Sequence record: SRR2962707_625 | Reading direction: 5' to 3' (one strand) | Length of the DNA stretch: 41,612 nt | Part shown: positions 25,165 to 35,776 of the stretch, one piece after another | Layout: the number at the start of each line of letters is the position of its first letter | How positions within the stretch are numbered: the stretch's first letter is position 1 | Program-made: the position numbers and the translations under genes | Notes under the pieces: model-generated | Databases searched by the model: none | What the model was told of the DNA's origin: nothing | What the model saw: only the letters and a program-made list of their open reading frames with translations

Positions 25165-26691
25165 ATGCCGCAAAGCGATGCCAGGCAGCCGCTTCTTCGC
25201 GCCCAGGGTGTGCGCAAGATCTTTCCGGGCACAATCGCCCTGGACGGAGTCGATTTTTCGCTTGAGGCTGGTGAAGTCCATGCGCTTCTGGGTGAAAACG
25301 GTGCGGGAAAATCAACACTGATCAAGTGCCTGACTGGCGCCTACCGGCGCGATGGCGGCGATATCCTGCTTGAGGGCGCGAGCATTGATCCCAAGGGGAC
25401 GCTTGATGCGCAGGCCTACGGCATCGGCACGGTCTACCAGGAAGTCAATTTGCTGCCCAATCTGAGCGTGGCCGAAAACCTGTCGCTGGGGCATCAGCCG
25501 ACGCGGTTCGGCATGATCTCGGGGCGACGCATGAATGCAGACGCGCGCACCGTGCTTGCGCAATATGGTCTCGACATCGACGTGACGCGCAATCTCGACA
25601 GCTACTCGGTGGCAGTGCAGCAGGTGATTGCGATTGCACGCGCGGTGACTCTGTCGGGCAAAGTGCTTATTCTTGATGAGCCGACGGCGAGCCTCGATTC
25701 GCACGAGGTGAAGATGCTGTTTGATGTTGTGCGTTCGCTTAAAGAACGCGGGCTTGGCATCGTGTTTATTTCGCATTTCCTCGATCAGATATTCGAGATT
25801 TCCGACAGGCTGACGGTGTTGCGCAACGGGCAACTGGTGGGCACCGAAGTGACGGCCGAGATAGACCGGGTGCGGCTGATCAATATGATGCTGGGCCGGG
25901 AGCTTGAGCAGGAGGTGCGCTCGCACGGCAAGCATCATGCCGCTGCCGGTGAGCCACGGTTGAGCTTCAGCGGCTTTGGCCGCAAGGGCAGCATCGAGCC
26001 GTTTGATTTGTCGATCCATGCAGGCGAGGTGGTTGGTGTCGCTGGACTGTTGGGATCAGGGCGGACTGAAACCGCGGAAGTGCTGTTCGGCGTGGCCCAG
26101 CACGACAGCGGCGAGGCCAGGCAGGATGGGGACGTCCTTTCTCTGATGAATTCTCGCCAGGCGATCAAGGCAGGGTTTGGGTTTTGTCCCGAAGACCGCA
26201 AGACCGATGGCGTGATCGCCGATCTGACCGTTCGCGAGAATATCGCGCTGGCGTTGCAGGCGCGCATCGGCTGGATGCGGCGCATTCCCGACCGGGAGCA
26301 GAAGGCCATGGCGAATGACTATATTCGCAAACTCGATATCCGCACGCCGGACGCGGATAAGCCGGTGGGCCTGCTGTCGGGCGGCAATCAGCAGAAGGTC
26401 ATGCTGGCACGCTGGCTGGTGACGAATCCATCTTTCCTTATTCTCGACGAGCCGACGCGGGGCATAGATGTCGGCGCGCATGCCGAGATCATCCGACTGA
26501 TCGAAGAGCTTTGCGCACAGGGCATGTCGCTGCTGGTGATTTCGTCCGAGCTTGATGAACTCGTTGCCTACAGCCACCGGGTCATCGTTGTGCGGGACCG
26601 GCACCATGTGGCCGAACTGGTTGGCGATGAGATCACCACCGACAATATGGTTCGCGCCATCGCGGCGCCGGAAAGGGAGGCCGTCAATTGA
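25165..26691 (+). CDS. ytfR: Sugar ABC transporter ATP-binding protein (two ABC domains)
   Basis: GENGAGKST, LILDEPT, LSGGNQQK and DEPTRGIDVGA; CUT2-family architecture after ytfQ. Confidence 0.85.
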   Translation: MPQSDARQPLLRAQGVRKIFPGTIALDGVDFSLEAGEVHALLGENGAGKSTLIKCLTGAYRRDGGDILLEGASIDPKGTLDAQAYGIGTVYQEVNLLPNLSVAENLSLGHQPTRFGMISGRRMNADARTVLAQYGLDIDVTRNLDSYSVAVQQVIAIARAVTLSGKVLILDEPTASLDSHEVKMLFDVVRSLKERGLGIVFISHFLDQIFEISDRLTVLRNGQLVGTEVTAEIDRVRLINMMLGRELEQEVRSHGKHHAAAGEPRLSFSGFGRKGSIEPFDLSIHAGEVVGVAGLLGSGRTETAEVLFGVAQHDSGEARQDGDVLSLMNSRQAIKAGFGFCPEDRKTDGVIADLTVRENIALALQARIGWMRRIPDREQKAMANDYIRKLDIRTPDADKPVGLLSGGNQQKVMLARWLVTNPSFLILDEPTRGIDVGAHAEIIRLIEELCAQGMSLLVISSELDELVAYSHRVIVVRDRHHVAELVGDEITTDNMVRAIAAPEREAVN

Positions 26692-27716
26692 CCGGGCTCA
26701 AGCTGTTTTCACGCAGAATTCTGCCGCAACTTATCACGCTGGCGGTGGTCGTCGGACTGATCGCGATCATGTTTCCGGGCTTCTTCGACATTTCGATTGC
26801 CAATGGGCGGCTCTATGGAAGCCCGATCGATATTCTCAATCGCGGTGCGCCGGTGGCTTTGCTGGCAATCGGGATGACACTGGTCATTGCCACTGGAGGG
26901 ATTGATCTTTCCGTCGGCGCCGTCATGGCAATCTGTGGTGCGATGGCCGCGTGGGGCATCACCGAGGGCTATGGTCTCGGCCTGACGCTGATGATGGCGC
27001 TGGCCGCAGGCCTGGCATGTGGGTTGTGGAACGGGGTGCTGGTGGCGGTGCTCGGCATTCAGCCGATCGTGGCAACATTGATCCTGATGGTGGCGGGGCG
27101 CGGCATTGCACAGTTGATCACGGAAGGCGCAATCCTGACCTTCAATCATGAAGGCCTGATTTTCTTCGGTTCCGGTTCACTGTTCACGATCCCGACACCG
27201 ATCATCATCGCGATTGTCAGCGGTGCGCTGATAACATGGATTGTCCGCCGCTCGGCGCTTGGCATGCTGATCGAGGCGATCGGCATCAATCTGCGCGCCA
27301 GCACACTGGCCGGCGTCAACACGCGCGTGCTGCTGATTGCCGTCTACATGGCGTCGGGATTGTGCGCGGCGCTTGCCGGTGTCATCGCAGCCGCTGATAT
27401 TCGAGGAGCGGACGCCAACAATGCCGGGCTGTGGCTCGAGCTTGATGCCATTCTGGCGGTGGTGATCGGCGGAACGTCGCTGCTGGGCGGGCGGTTTTCA
27501 CTGATCGCGTCGCTGATTGGCGCGCTGATCATTCAAGCGATCAACACCGGGATTTTGCTGTCGGGTTTTCCTCCGGAGTTCAATCTGATCATCAAGGCGG
27601 TGATCATCCTGATCATCCTTGTGCTGCAATCGCCGACAATCCGGACCATGGTGATTTACCTTTCTCCGGTTCAGGCGAGCGCGCCAGACAATGAGAAACA
27701 GGCGGTACGCTCATGA
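26688..27716 (+). CDS. ytfT: Sugar ABC transporter permease
   Basis: GRLYGSPIDILNR, GGIDLSVG and ADANNAGLWLELDAILAVVIGG; TTG start overlapping the upstream stop. Confidence 0.82.
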   Translation: MTGLKLFSRRILPQLITLAVVVGLIAIMFPGFFDISIANGRLYGSPIDILNRGAPVALLAIGMTLVIATGGIDLSVGAVMAICGAMAAWGITEGYGLGLTLMMALAAGLACGLWNGVLVAVLGIQPIVATLILMVAGRGIAQLITEGAILTFNHEGLIFFGSGSLFTIPTPIIIAIVSGALITWIVRRSALGMLIEAIGINLRASTLAGVNTRVLLIAVYMASGLCAALAGVIAAADIRGADANNAGLWLELDAILAVVIGGTSLLGGRFSLIASLIGALIIQAINTGILLSGFPPEFNLIIKAVIILIILVLQSPTIRTMVIYLSPVQASAPDNEKQAVRS

Positions 27717-28684
27717 ATGCTCGTCTTCTGCCGCTGTTGGCGACGCTCGTCATTTTCCTCGTGGCCTATGCGATCTGTTACGCGCAGTATCCGGCGATGC
27801 TGTCGACGCGGGTCATCGGCAATCTGCTGACCGACAACGCCTTTCTGGGCATCGTGGCGGTGGGCATGACCTTCGTCATCATTTCCGGCGGCATCGACCT
27901 GTCGGTCGGATCGGTGATCGCCTTTTCAGGGGTCTTCATTGCCGTGATGTTGCGGGATACAGGCCTGCATCCGGTTGTGGTGTTTGCCCTGTTGCTGACG
28001 CTGACAACGCTGTTTGGCGCAGCCATGGGCGGGGTCATCCATTTCCTGGAAATGCCGCCGTTCATCGTCACGTTGGCGGGCATGTTCCTGGCGCGAGGCA
28101 TGGCCTATGTGCTGTCGATCGACGCTGTGCCGATCACCCATGATTTCTATGAGTTCCTGCAGCGCAGCTATTGGCTTATGCCGGGCAAGGGCAGGCTGAC
28201 GTTGATCGGTGGCATGATGCTGATTGTCTTCATTGCCGGGATCATTTTGGCCCAACGCACCCGGTTCGGCACCAATGTGTATGCGGTGGGCGGCGGGGTC
28301 CAGACTGCTGGGCTGATGGGTGTCCCGGTAGGGCAGACAACAATCGGGATTTATGCGCTTTCGGGCTTTCTCGCCGGACTGGCCGGAATCGTGTTTTCCA
28401 TCTACACGTCTGCCGGTTATTCGCTGGCGACGGTGGGTGTGGAGCTCGATGCCATCGCCGCAGTGGTGATCGGCGGCACATTGCTTTCGGGCGGAAGCGG
28501 ATTTGTCGCAGGAACATTGATCGGGGTTCTGATAATGGGACTCATACAAACCTACATCATCTTCGATGGCACGCTGTCGAGCTGGTGGACCAAGATACTG
28601 ATCGGAATGCTTCTGTTCGCGTTCATCGTGCTGCAGAAGGGGCTGGTCTGGACAACAGGCAAGAGACGAATGGCCGGGGGATAA
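27713..28684 (+). CDS. yjfF: Sugar ABC transporter permease
   Basis: NLLTDNAFLGI, GGIDLSVGSV, ELDAIAAVVIGGT and FDGTLSSWWTKI. Confidence 0.82.
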   Translation: MNARLLPLLATLVIFLVAYAICYAQYPAMLSTRVIGNLLTDNAFLGIVAVGMTFVIISGGIDLSVGSVIAFSGVFIAVMLRDTGLHPVVVFALLLTLTTLFGAAMGGVIHFLEMPPFIVTLAGMFLARGMAYVLSIDAVPITHDFYEFLQRSYWLMPGKGRLTLIGGMMLIVFIAGIILAQRTRFGTNVYAVGGGVQTAGLMGVPVGQTTIGIYALSGFLAGLAGIVFSIYTSAGYSLATVGVELDAIAAVVIGGTLLSGGSGFVAGTLIGVLIMGLIQTYIIFDGTLSSWWTKILIGMLLFAFIVLQKGLVWTTGKRRMAGG

Positions 28685-28702
28685 CGGCCGGGGAGAGAAT
28701 AT

Positions 28703-29422
28703 TTGCTCAATACCAGCTTTTCCGAACGCGCAAATCGCAGCCAGCATTCGTTTGTTGTCAACGAGCTTGGCAAGGAGATCGTGAGCGGTCTTTATCCCAG
28801 CGGTTCGCTGCTGCCGGGCGATGCGGAGCTGGTGGAGAAATTCGACGTTTCGCGCACTGTGCTTCGCGAGTCCATGAAGACCCTGACGGCCAAGGGCATG
28901 ATCGTGCCCAAGGCGCGGATCGGAACACGGATCACCGAGCGTTCGAACTGGAACCTTTTTGATGCGGATGTTCTGGTCTGGCACATTGAAACGGGCGTTG
29001 ATGTAGCTTTTCTCAAGCACCTGACCGACATGCGCTTTGCAATCGAGCCGTTTGCTGCCCGGCTGGCGTCACAGCGGGCCAGCAAGGAAGAGATAGAAAT
29101 CCTCTACAGCCATGCCGAGAAGATGAGCAAAGCCGATTCAGACGAGAGCTTTGCGCACGCCGATCTGAAATTTCACCTGGCCCTGCACGCTGCATCAGGC
29201 AACCCGTTCATGCTGTCGGTCGGAAATCTGATTGAAGCAGCGCTGGTGACAAGCTTCAAGATGAGTTCGCCCTATGGCGAACCCGGCAGGCATGTCGCGA
29301 CGGCCAACAAGCACAGGCTTATCGTCGAGGCGATTGAGCGCAAGGACGCCGATGCTGCGTCGGCTGCGATGGAGCAAGTCATCAAGGACGGCTTTGAGAG
29401 AATATCGACAAAGCTTCTCTGA
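28703..29422 (+). CDS. FadR/GntR-family regulator (DgoR-like)
   Basis: wHTH LP...L...FDVSRTVLRE, WNLFD.DVL.W, and FCD D.KFH.AL..ASGN. Confidence 0.85.
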   Translation: MLNTSFSERANRSQHSFVVNELGKEIVSGLYPSGSLLPGDAELVEKFDVSRTVLRESMKTLTAKGMIVPKARIGTRITERSNWNLFDADVLVWHIETGVDVAFLKHLTDMRFAIEPFAARLASQRASKEEIEILYSHAEKMSKADSDESFAHADLKFHLALHAASGNPFMLSVGNLIEAALVTSFKMSSPYGEPGRHVATANKHRLIVEAIERKDADAASAAMEQVIKDGFERISTKLL

Positions 29423-29456
29423 CGCCAAATCGGCTGCTCTGGCTGGTCTCTGAGCC

Positions 29457-30353
29457 TTACAACTTTATCAGAGCGCCACGTTCGGCAATCACACGGGCGG
29501 CCAGCGCAGCGCCTGAGGCCATTGATGCGTCCAGATTTCCGGTTTCGAGATAGGTGGCGAGAAAGCCTGCATTGAAGCTGTCGCCAGCGGCAGTAGTGTC
29601 AACGACATCGGTGACCCCGGGGGGTGTGAAATGGCTCAACTGGCCGTCGCGCAGACATGCGGCTTCGCCTGCGCCATTTTTGACGACAACGAGGGCTGCG
29701 CCGGCATCGGCGTAACGCCGGGCAGCGTCATCCGGCGTTGCATCTCCGAAAAAAGTGGCTTCGTCGTCAAACGAGGGAAGCAGGATGTCACTGACGCCTG
29801 CGGCTGCCATGATCGTTTGCCGCATTGTGTCGTGACTGTCCCACAGCCTTGGCCGCAGGTTGGGGTCAAACACCACTGTGGCGCCGTCTTGTCGTGCGGC
29901 GGCAAGGGCGTCAAACAGCGACAACCGGTGTTGGAGAGGCAAAATCGCCAGCGTGATGCCGGACAAATAGATTACATCTGCGGTCGCAAACGCAGCCTTC
30001 AGCCGGGCAGGGTCGTCGGCCAATCTGCGGGCGGCTGAATCCGAGCGCCAATAGGCAAAACTGCGTTCACCATCGTCCAGCTGGATCAGGTACAGGCCGA
30101 CCGTGCAGCCCGATCGCTTTTGAACAAGGTCAGTCTCGATTCCGGCAGCGGCGATGAAATTCACCATCCGGTCGGATATGGCGTCTTCACCGACAGCTGT
30201 GAGGTAGGACACGCCCCACTCCTGATCAAGAAGCTGACGTGCATACCAGGCCGTATTGAGCGTGTCGCCGGCGAACCCCAGGCTGTAGTCGCCAGCTGCG
30301 GTTGGCGCCATTTCAACCATGCATTCGCCGATCGAGAGGAATCTTCTTTTCAT
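29457..30353 (-). CDS. kdgK: 2-keto-3-deoxygluconate kinase (PfkB family)
   Basis: IGECMVE, GDTLNTAWY, FDPNLRPRLW and DTTAAGDSFNAG; hexuronate context. Confidence 0.88.
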   Translation of the reverse strand: MKRRFLSIGECMVEMAPTAAGDYSLGFAGDTLNTAWYARQLLDQEWGVSYLTAVGEDAISDRMVNFIAAAGIETDLVQKRSGCTVGLYLIQLDDGERSFAYWRSDSAARRLADDPARLKAAFATADVIYLSGITLAILPLQHRLSLFDALAAARQDGATVVFDPNLRPRLWDSHDTMRQTIMAAAGVSDILLPSFDDEATFFGDATPDDAARRYADAGAALVVVKNGAGEAACLRDGQLSHFTPPGVTDVVDTTAAGDSFNAGFLATYLETGNLDASMASGAALAARVIAERGALIKL

Positions 30354-31054
30354 GCCTCGGCCTCATCGGCAAAGTACTGTTGATGATCAGCCCGGATCCG
30401 GACGATCTGCTTCTGAATGCGGGAGAGGTGTTTGCGCATTTGCTGCATGGCCAGGTTTTCGTCGCGCGCCCGTATCGCGTCCATAATTTCCAGGTGATCG
30501 CCGAAAGCGTCCTGCGAGGCAAATGACAGCGAGAGAAACCGGACCCTGTCCATGTGCGCCTTGTTTTCGCGAATGATGTCCCAGGCAAATCCGAGCCCGG
30601 CGCGCTCGCAAATCTCCTTGTGAAACTGGTCGTCAAAGCCATGGAAGCTGACGGGATCCCTGGCTTCCACCGCTTGCCGCTGCTTCTCCAGAATCTGGTC
30701 CAGCGCTGCCAGGTCATCGTCTGTCAGGACCTTGCAGGCGGTGCGCACGGTTTCCGCCTCGATGGCGTTCCGGACAAAGCGCGCCTGGAGTACGGCGGTT
30801 TGGGATATTTGCGACACAAGCGTTGCACGCTGCGGGCGGATCGACAGGAAGCCAAGCTTTGAGAGGCGATAGAACGCATCCCTGACCGGCTGGCGGGAGA
30901 CCCCGAGCGCCTTGGCGACTTCAACTTCAGACATTCGTGTTCCGGGTGGCAATTCCAGCAGCAGGATTTGACTGTGCAATTCGTCAAACACGGTGTCGGC
31001 CACGGACGGGCGGCTCAGGGGTTCGAGTGCCCGCAAGGGGGACGTTACGGACAT
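30350..31054 (-). CDS. GntR-family (FCD) regulator of the hexuronate cluster
   Basis: SEVEVA..LGVSRQPVRDA wHTH and DDQFH FCD; divergent from uxaC. Confidence 0.88.
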   Translation of the reverse strand: MSVTSPLRALEPLSRPSVADTVFDELHSQILLLELPPGTRMSEVEVAKALGVSRQPVRDAFYRLSKLGFLSIRPQRATLVSQISQTAVLQARFVRNAIEAETVRTACKVLTDDDLAALDQILEKQRQAVEARDPVSFHGFDDQFHKEICERAGLGFAWDIIRENKAHMDRVRFLSLSFASQDAFGDHLEIMDAIRARDENLAMQQMRKHLSRIQKQIVRIRADHQQYFADEAEA

Positions 31055-31065
31055 GCTTCACTCCG

Positions 31066-31106
31066 TTGACTTGATGTGCATACTAGCATATTACATTACT
31101 AGACTA
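31066..31106. promoter_or_regulatory. Divergent promoter region with two TACTAG boxes (candidate GntR operators)
   Basis: TTGACT at 31066-31071; TACTAG at 31081-31086 and 31097-31102. CTAG appears scarce elsewhere in the window. Confidence 0.45.
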
Positions 31107-31150
31107 ATGGGAAGGCCCGTCAAAAACGGACGGACTTGGGGAGGATTAGG

Positions 31151-32557
31151 GTGACAATGTTGATCCCTGACAGATTGTTTCCGGTAGAACCGCAGACACG
31201 CGGAATCGCACGCGAACTCTATCAGAGTGTTGCCGATAAGCCGATCATCAGTCCCCACGGCCATACCGACCCGCGCTGGTACGCGGAAAACCAGCCGTTT
31301 CCTGATCCGGCTCAATTGTTCATTACGCCCGACCATTATGTTTTCAGGATGCTGTTCTCGCAGGGCGTCAGCCTTGAAAGTCTTGGTGTTCCGCGGGTCG
31401 ATGGCGGGCCGACCGAAACCGATGGCCGCAAGATCTGGCGGCTGTTTGCCGAGAACTATCACCTGTTTCGCGGCACGCCTTCGCGGCTTTGGCTGGACCA
31501 TGCCTTTGAAGATGTGTTCGGCATGACAACGCAGGTATCGAAGGCTACCGCGGATGAGACCTATGATCACATCGCAGATTGCCTGACAAAGCCGGAATTC
31601 CTGCCGCGCGCGCTGTTCGAGCGGTTCAACATCGAGGCGATCGCCACCACCGAAAGCCCGCTTGATGATTTGCGCTGGCACCGGATGATCCGCGACAGCG
31701 GCTGGAAGGGCAAGGTTGTCACAGCCTACCGTCCGGATGCGGTGGTTGATCCCGAATTTGCGGGCTTTGCTGATAATGTCGAGCAGTTTGGTGAGCTGAC
31801 CGGGGAGGATACCTCGACCTGGGAGGGCTATCTGCAGGCCCATCGCATCCGGCGGGCTTATTTCAAGGAATTCGGGGCGACATCTACCGATCACGGCCAT
31901 CCGACGGGCCGCACCGAGAATCTCTCGACCGGTGAGGCTGCGGCGCTGTATGCAAAGGCGCTCAAGGGTGCCTGCACGGCGGATGAGGCCGATGCCTTCC
32001 GGGGGCACATGCTGACTGAAATGGCGCGCATGAGCCTTGAAGATGGTCTGGTGCTGCAAATCCATCCAGGCAGCTATCGCAACCATTCCGATCCGATCAT
32101 GTCAGCCTTCGGGCGCGACAAGGGCTTCGATATCCCCACCCGGACCGATTATGTGCGCGCGCTCAAGCCGCTGCTGGATGCGGTGGGCCTCGAAAAGGAC
32201 CTTGCGATCATCGTCTTCACGCTGGACGAGACCAGCTATGCGCGGGAACTGGCGCCGCTGGCGGGCGCCTATCCGGCACTGAAGCTCGGTCCCGCCTGGT
32301 GGTATTATGACAGCCCCGAAGGCATGCGCCGCTTTCGCGAGATGACGACGGAAACCGCAGGATTCTACAACACCGTGGGTTTCAATGATGACACCCGCGC
32401 ATTCTGTTCCATCCCCGCCCGTCATGATGTGGCCCGGCGGGTGGATTGCGGCTTTCTCGCTACGCTGGTCGCCACCGGGCGACTGTCTGAGGAGGATGCA
32501 TACGAGGTCGCAAATGACCTCGCTTATCGGCTTGCCAAGCAAGCTTACCGGCTCTGA
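31151..32557 (+). CDS. uxaC: Uronate (glucuronate/galacturonate) isomerase
   Basis: [30 protein letters not shown] and [26 protein letters not shown] favours GTG 31151. Confidence 0.93.
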   Translation: MTMLIPDRLFPVEPQTRGIARELYQSVADKPIISPHGHTDPRWYAENQPFPDPAQLFITPDHYVFRMLFSQGVSLESLGVPRVDGGPTETDGRKIWRLFAENYHLFRGTPSRLWLDHAFEDVFGMTTQVSKATADETYDHIADCLTKPEFLPRALFERFNIEAIATTESPLDDLRWHRMIRDSGWKGKVVTAYRPDAVVDPEFAGFADNVEQFGELTGEDTSTWEGYLQAHRIRRAYFKEFGATSTDHGHPTGRTENLSTGEAAALYAKALKGACTADEADAFRGHMLTEMARMSLEDGLVLQIHPGSYRNHSDPIMSAFGRDKGFDIPTRTDYVRALKPLLDAVGLEKDLAIIVFTLDETSYARELAPLAGAYPALKLGPAWWYYDSPEGMRRFREMTTETAGFYNTVGFNDDTRAFCSIPARHDVARRVDCGFLATLVATGRLSEEDAYEVANDLAYRLAKQAYRL

Positions 32558-32583
32558 GAGCCATTTCTGGGAGGAAATCTAAC

Positions 32584-33564
32584 ATGAAACTGATGAAAAC
32601 AATAACCGGCGTGCTGCTGGCAACCGCTGCCATGGTAATAACGGCCGCAGCCTGCGAAACCTCACTCAAGTCATCCGACACGCATCCCGACGGCTACCCG
32701 ACTGTCGAGGCCGTCAAGGCAATGGGCAAGATGCTCGAAGAGAGCACCGGTGGCCGGCTTTGCATCGAAATCTATGCTTCGGCTCAGTTGGGCGAGGAAA
32801 AGGACACCATCGAGCAGACCCAGTTCGGCGCGATTGACCTGAACCGCGTGAGCCTTGGACCCTTCAACAACATCATTGAAGAGACCCAGATCCCGTCGCT
32901 GCCTTACATCTTCCGCTCGGTTGATCACATGCACAAGGTGATGGACGGCCCGATTGGCCAGGAAATCCTGGACGCGTTTGCGGACCACGACCTGATTGGC
33001 CTGGGTTTCTACGATGGCGGTTCGCGCAGCTTCTACAACAAGGAAAAGCCGATCAAGTCGATGGAAGACCTGAAGGGCATGAAGTTCCGCGTCATGCAGT
33101 CCGACATGTTCGTCGACATGGTCAGCGCGCTGGGCGCCAATGCCACGCCGCTGCCTTACGGCGAAGTCTACTCGTCAATCCAGACCGGTGTCATCGACGG
33201 TGCTGAAAACAACTGGCCGTCCTACGACACTTCAGGGCACTTCGAAGTGGCAAAATACTACACGCTCGACCAGCACCTGATCGTGCCGGAAGTTCTGGTG
33301 ATGTCAAAGAAGAGCTGGGACAAGCTGAGCGCCGAAGATCAAGCCGCCGTTCGTGAAGCCGCAAAGGCTTCCGTACCGGTGATGCGTGAACTCTGGGTCG
33401 CGCAGGAAAAGAAGTCTGAAGACAAGGTTCGCGCTGCGGGCAGTGAAATCATCACAGACATCGACAAGACCCCGTTCATCGAAGCGATGAAGCCGGTCTA
33501 TGAGAAGTACGTCAAATCCGACAAGCTCAAGGACATGGTCGCCCGTATCCAGGCAACCGAATAG
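32584..33564 (+). CDS. dctP: TRAP transporter substrate-binding protein (DctP family)
   Basis: [21 protein letters not shown] and [16 protein letters not shown]. Confidence 0.9.
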   Translation: MKLMKTITGVLLATAAMVITAAACETSLKSSDTHPDGYPTVEAVKAMGKMLEESTGGRLCIEIYASAQLGEEKDTIEQTQFGAIDLNRVSLGPFNNIIEETQIPSLPYIFRSVDHMHKVMDGPIGQEILDAFADHDLIGLGFYDGGSRSFYNKEKPIKSMEDLKGMKFRVMQSDMFVDMVSALGANATPLPYGEVYSSIQTGVIDGAENNWPSYDTSGHFEVAKYYTLDQHLIVPEVLVMSKKSWDKLSAEDQAAVREAAKASVPVMRELWVAQEKKSEDKVRAAGSEIITDIDKTPFIEAMKPVYEKYVKSDKLKDMVARIQATE

Positions 33565-33574
33565 TCTGAAAGCC

Positions 33575-33607
33575 GGCCCGCGGGAGTAGTCTCGCGGGCC
33601 ATTTTTT
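33575..33607 (+). terminator. Rho-independent terminator-like hairpin after dctP
   Basis: GGCCCGCGGGA-GTAG-TCTCGCGGGCC followed by ATTTTTT. Confidence 0.7.
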
Positions 33608-33622
33608 AACGGAGTGGACGAC

Positions 33623-34144
33623 GTGCAAAGCCGGATGAAGAGTGTGGCGCGGGGAACCAGCGTCCTGGCGCGGGCAGCGCTGTGGGTTTCGGGAACCGGG
33701 CTGGTGCTGATGACAGCGCTGATCGCCTGCCAGGTTTTCTGGCGGTATGTTCTCAATGACAGTATTTCATGGACCGAGCCTGCCTCGGTGATGATCATGG
33801 GCTGGTTCATTTTTCTCGGCGCGGCCGTCGGTATCCGCGAGGGCTACCATCTGTCCTTCGATATCGTCCAGCACCTGGTGTCCGACCGGGTGAAGCGGGG
33901 AATGCAGACGGTTTCCGATCTGGTGGTGATCGCCTTTGGCGGCGGCATGGTGGTCTATGGCACGCAACTGGCGGTTAATGCGGCTCCCAACGTGCTCCCG
34001 AGCCTCGGGATTTCAGGGGCATTTGATTTTCTTCCGATTGTTGCCGGTGGTGTGCTGATCGTCCTGTTTTCGCTGGAGCGGATTGCACGGCGTCTGGCGG
34101 GCTTGCCGACCGCGCTTTTCGGCGAAACAGCGTTGGAGGAGTAG
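33623..34144 (+). CDS. dctQ: TRAP transporter small permease (DctQ)
   Basis: QVFWRYVLN.SISWTE and FLGAA...REG.H; 4 TM. The start is 33623 (RBS GGAG) or 33614. Confidence 0.85.
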   Translation: MQSRMKSVARGTSVLARAALWVSGTGLVLMTALIACQVFWRYVLNDSISWTEPASVMIMGWFIFLGAAVGIREGYHLSFDIVQHLVSDRVKRGMQTVSDLVVIAFGGGMVVYGTQLAVNAAPNVLPSLGISGAFDFLPIVAGGVLIVLFSLERIARRLAGLPTALFGETALEE

Positions 34145-34147
34145 ACA

Positions 34148-35428
34148 ATGGAACTTTGGGTGCTTTTCGGTTCGTTTGTCGTGCTCCTGCTGATCGGAAC
34201 GCCGGTGGCGTTCTGTCTCGGTGTGTCGAGCTTTGCGACGATTGCCTATATGGGATTGCCGCCGGTGGTGGTGTTCCAGCGTATGAATTCCGGGGTCTCG
34301 GTGTTCGCGCTGATGGCGATCCCGTTCTTCATCTTTGCCGGCGACCTGATGGTGCGCGGCGACATTGCCCGGCGGCTGGTGGCCTTGGCCGGAGCCATGG
34401 TCGGGCATCTGCGTGGCGGGCTGGGGCAGGTGAACATCTTTGCCAGCATCATGTTCGGTGGTGTTTCGGGCTCGGCCGCCGCTGACGCCAGCGCCGTTGG
34501 CGGCCTGATGGTGCCGCAGATGAAAGCGCGTGGCTATGATGTCGACTACGCGGTCAACATCACCGTGGTGGGCTCGATCATCGCGCTGATGATCCCGCCA
34601 TCGCACAACATGATCATCTATTCGATTTCGGCCGGCGGGCGGATCTCGATTGCGGATCTGTTCACGGCCGGCATTATTCCCGGCCTGGTGCTGGCCCTGT
34701 CGCTGATGGTGGCGGCCTGGTTCGTGGCCAAAAGTCGCGGATATCCCACCGAAGCGTTCCCGGGATTCAGGGCGCTGCTCAATCTGTTTGCCAATGCGAT
34801 GCCTGGTCTCATTCTGGTCGCCATCATCTTCGGCGGTGTGCGTTCGGGTATCTTCACCGCATCTGAATCGTCGAACATCGCCGTGGTCTATGCGATGTTT
34901 GTCACATTCTTCGTCTACCGGTCGTTGAGCTGGTCCGACTTCGTTGCCGCTACATTTGCGGCGGTCCGGACCACGGCGATGGTTCTGATGGTGATCGGAT
35001 GCGCCGGCGCCTTCGGCTGGCTTCTGGCCTATACAAGGGTGCCGGCCTCGATGGTCGCGGTGCTCAAGGAAGTCTCCGATAATCCGATCGTCATTCTATT
35101 GCTGATGAACGTCGTGCTGCTCATCCTCGGCACCTTCATGGACATGTCGCCGCTGATCGTGATCACGACGCCGATCTTCCTGCCGGTGGCGGTCGCCTTC
35201 GGAGTGGATCCGGTGCATTTCGGCGTGATCCTGATCCTCAATCTGGGCATCGGGCTGTGTACACCTCCGGTTGGTGCGGTGCTGTTTGTCGGCTGCGCGG
35301 TGGGCAAGATCCCGATCTCGCAGGCCATGCGCACCATTTGGCCGTTCTATGGCGCGGCCTTCGCCACGCTGATGCTTGTGACCTACATTCCCCAGCTGTC
35401 ACTCTGGCTCCCATCCATGTTCCACTGA
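34148..35428 (+). CDS. dctM: TRAP transporter large permease (DctM)
   Basis: AIPFF, GGVSGSAAADA, IPPS, GVDPVHFG and TPPVG. Confidence 0.92.
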   Translation: MELWVLFGSFVVLLLIGTPVAFCLGVSSFATIAYMGLPPVVVFQRMNSGVSVFALMAIPFFIFAGDLMVRGDIARRLVALAGAMVGHLRGGLGQVNIFASIMFGGVSGSAAADASAVGGLMVPQMKARGYDVDYAVNITVVGSIIALMIPPSHNMIIYSISAGGRISIADLFTAGIIPGLVLALSLMVAAWFVAKSRGYPTEAFPGFRALLNLFANAMPGLILVAIIFGGVRSGIFTASESSNIAVVYAMFVTFFVYRSLSWSDFVAATFAAVRTTAMVLMVIGCAGAFGWLLAYTRVPASMVAVLKEVSDNPIVILLLMNVVLLILGTFMDMSPLIVITTPIFLPVAVAFGVDPVHFGVILILNLGIGLCTPPVGAVLFVGCAVGKIPISQAMRTIWPFYGAAFATLMLVTYIPQLSLWLPSMFH

Positions 35429-35435
35429 GGTTCCC

Positions 35436-35762
35436 ATGATCAAGCATTTCCCCGAAGTTCAGGCCGATGCCGGTGTGAAGCGGCAGGTCCTGAGTGATAG
35501 TCCGGAGCTGATGGTTGTTGCCTTCCGGTTCGATGCCGAGGGCGCTGAAGGCAAATTGCACAACCATCCGCATGTGCAATCAACCTATGTCGAATCCGGG
35601 CGGTTCGTCTTCTCGGTTGCCGGTGAGAGTTTTGAAGTTTCGCCGGGGGACAGTTTCGTCATCCCCTCGAATGCGGTGCACGGCTGCAAATGCCTTGAGC
35701 CCGGAACCCTGATCGACACGTTTGCGCCGCGGCGCGATGATTTTCTGACGCCTAACCCTTGA
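35436..35762 (+). CDS. kdgF: Cupin, KdgF-like (unsaturated uronate processing)
   Basis: HNHPH.Q..YV.SG and GDSF.IP....HG...G.LID.F.PRR.DF; located directly before kduI. Confidence 0.7.
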   Translation: MIKHFPEVQADAGVKRQVLSDSPELMVVAFRFDAEGAEGKLHNHPHVQSTYVESGRFVFSVAGESFEVSPGDSFVIPSNAVHGCKCLEPGTLIDTFAPRRDDFLTPNP

Positions 35763-35776
35763 AAGGGAGACTTTCC

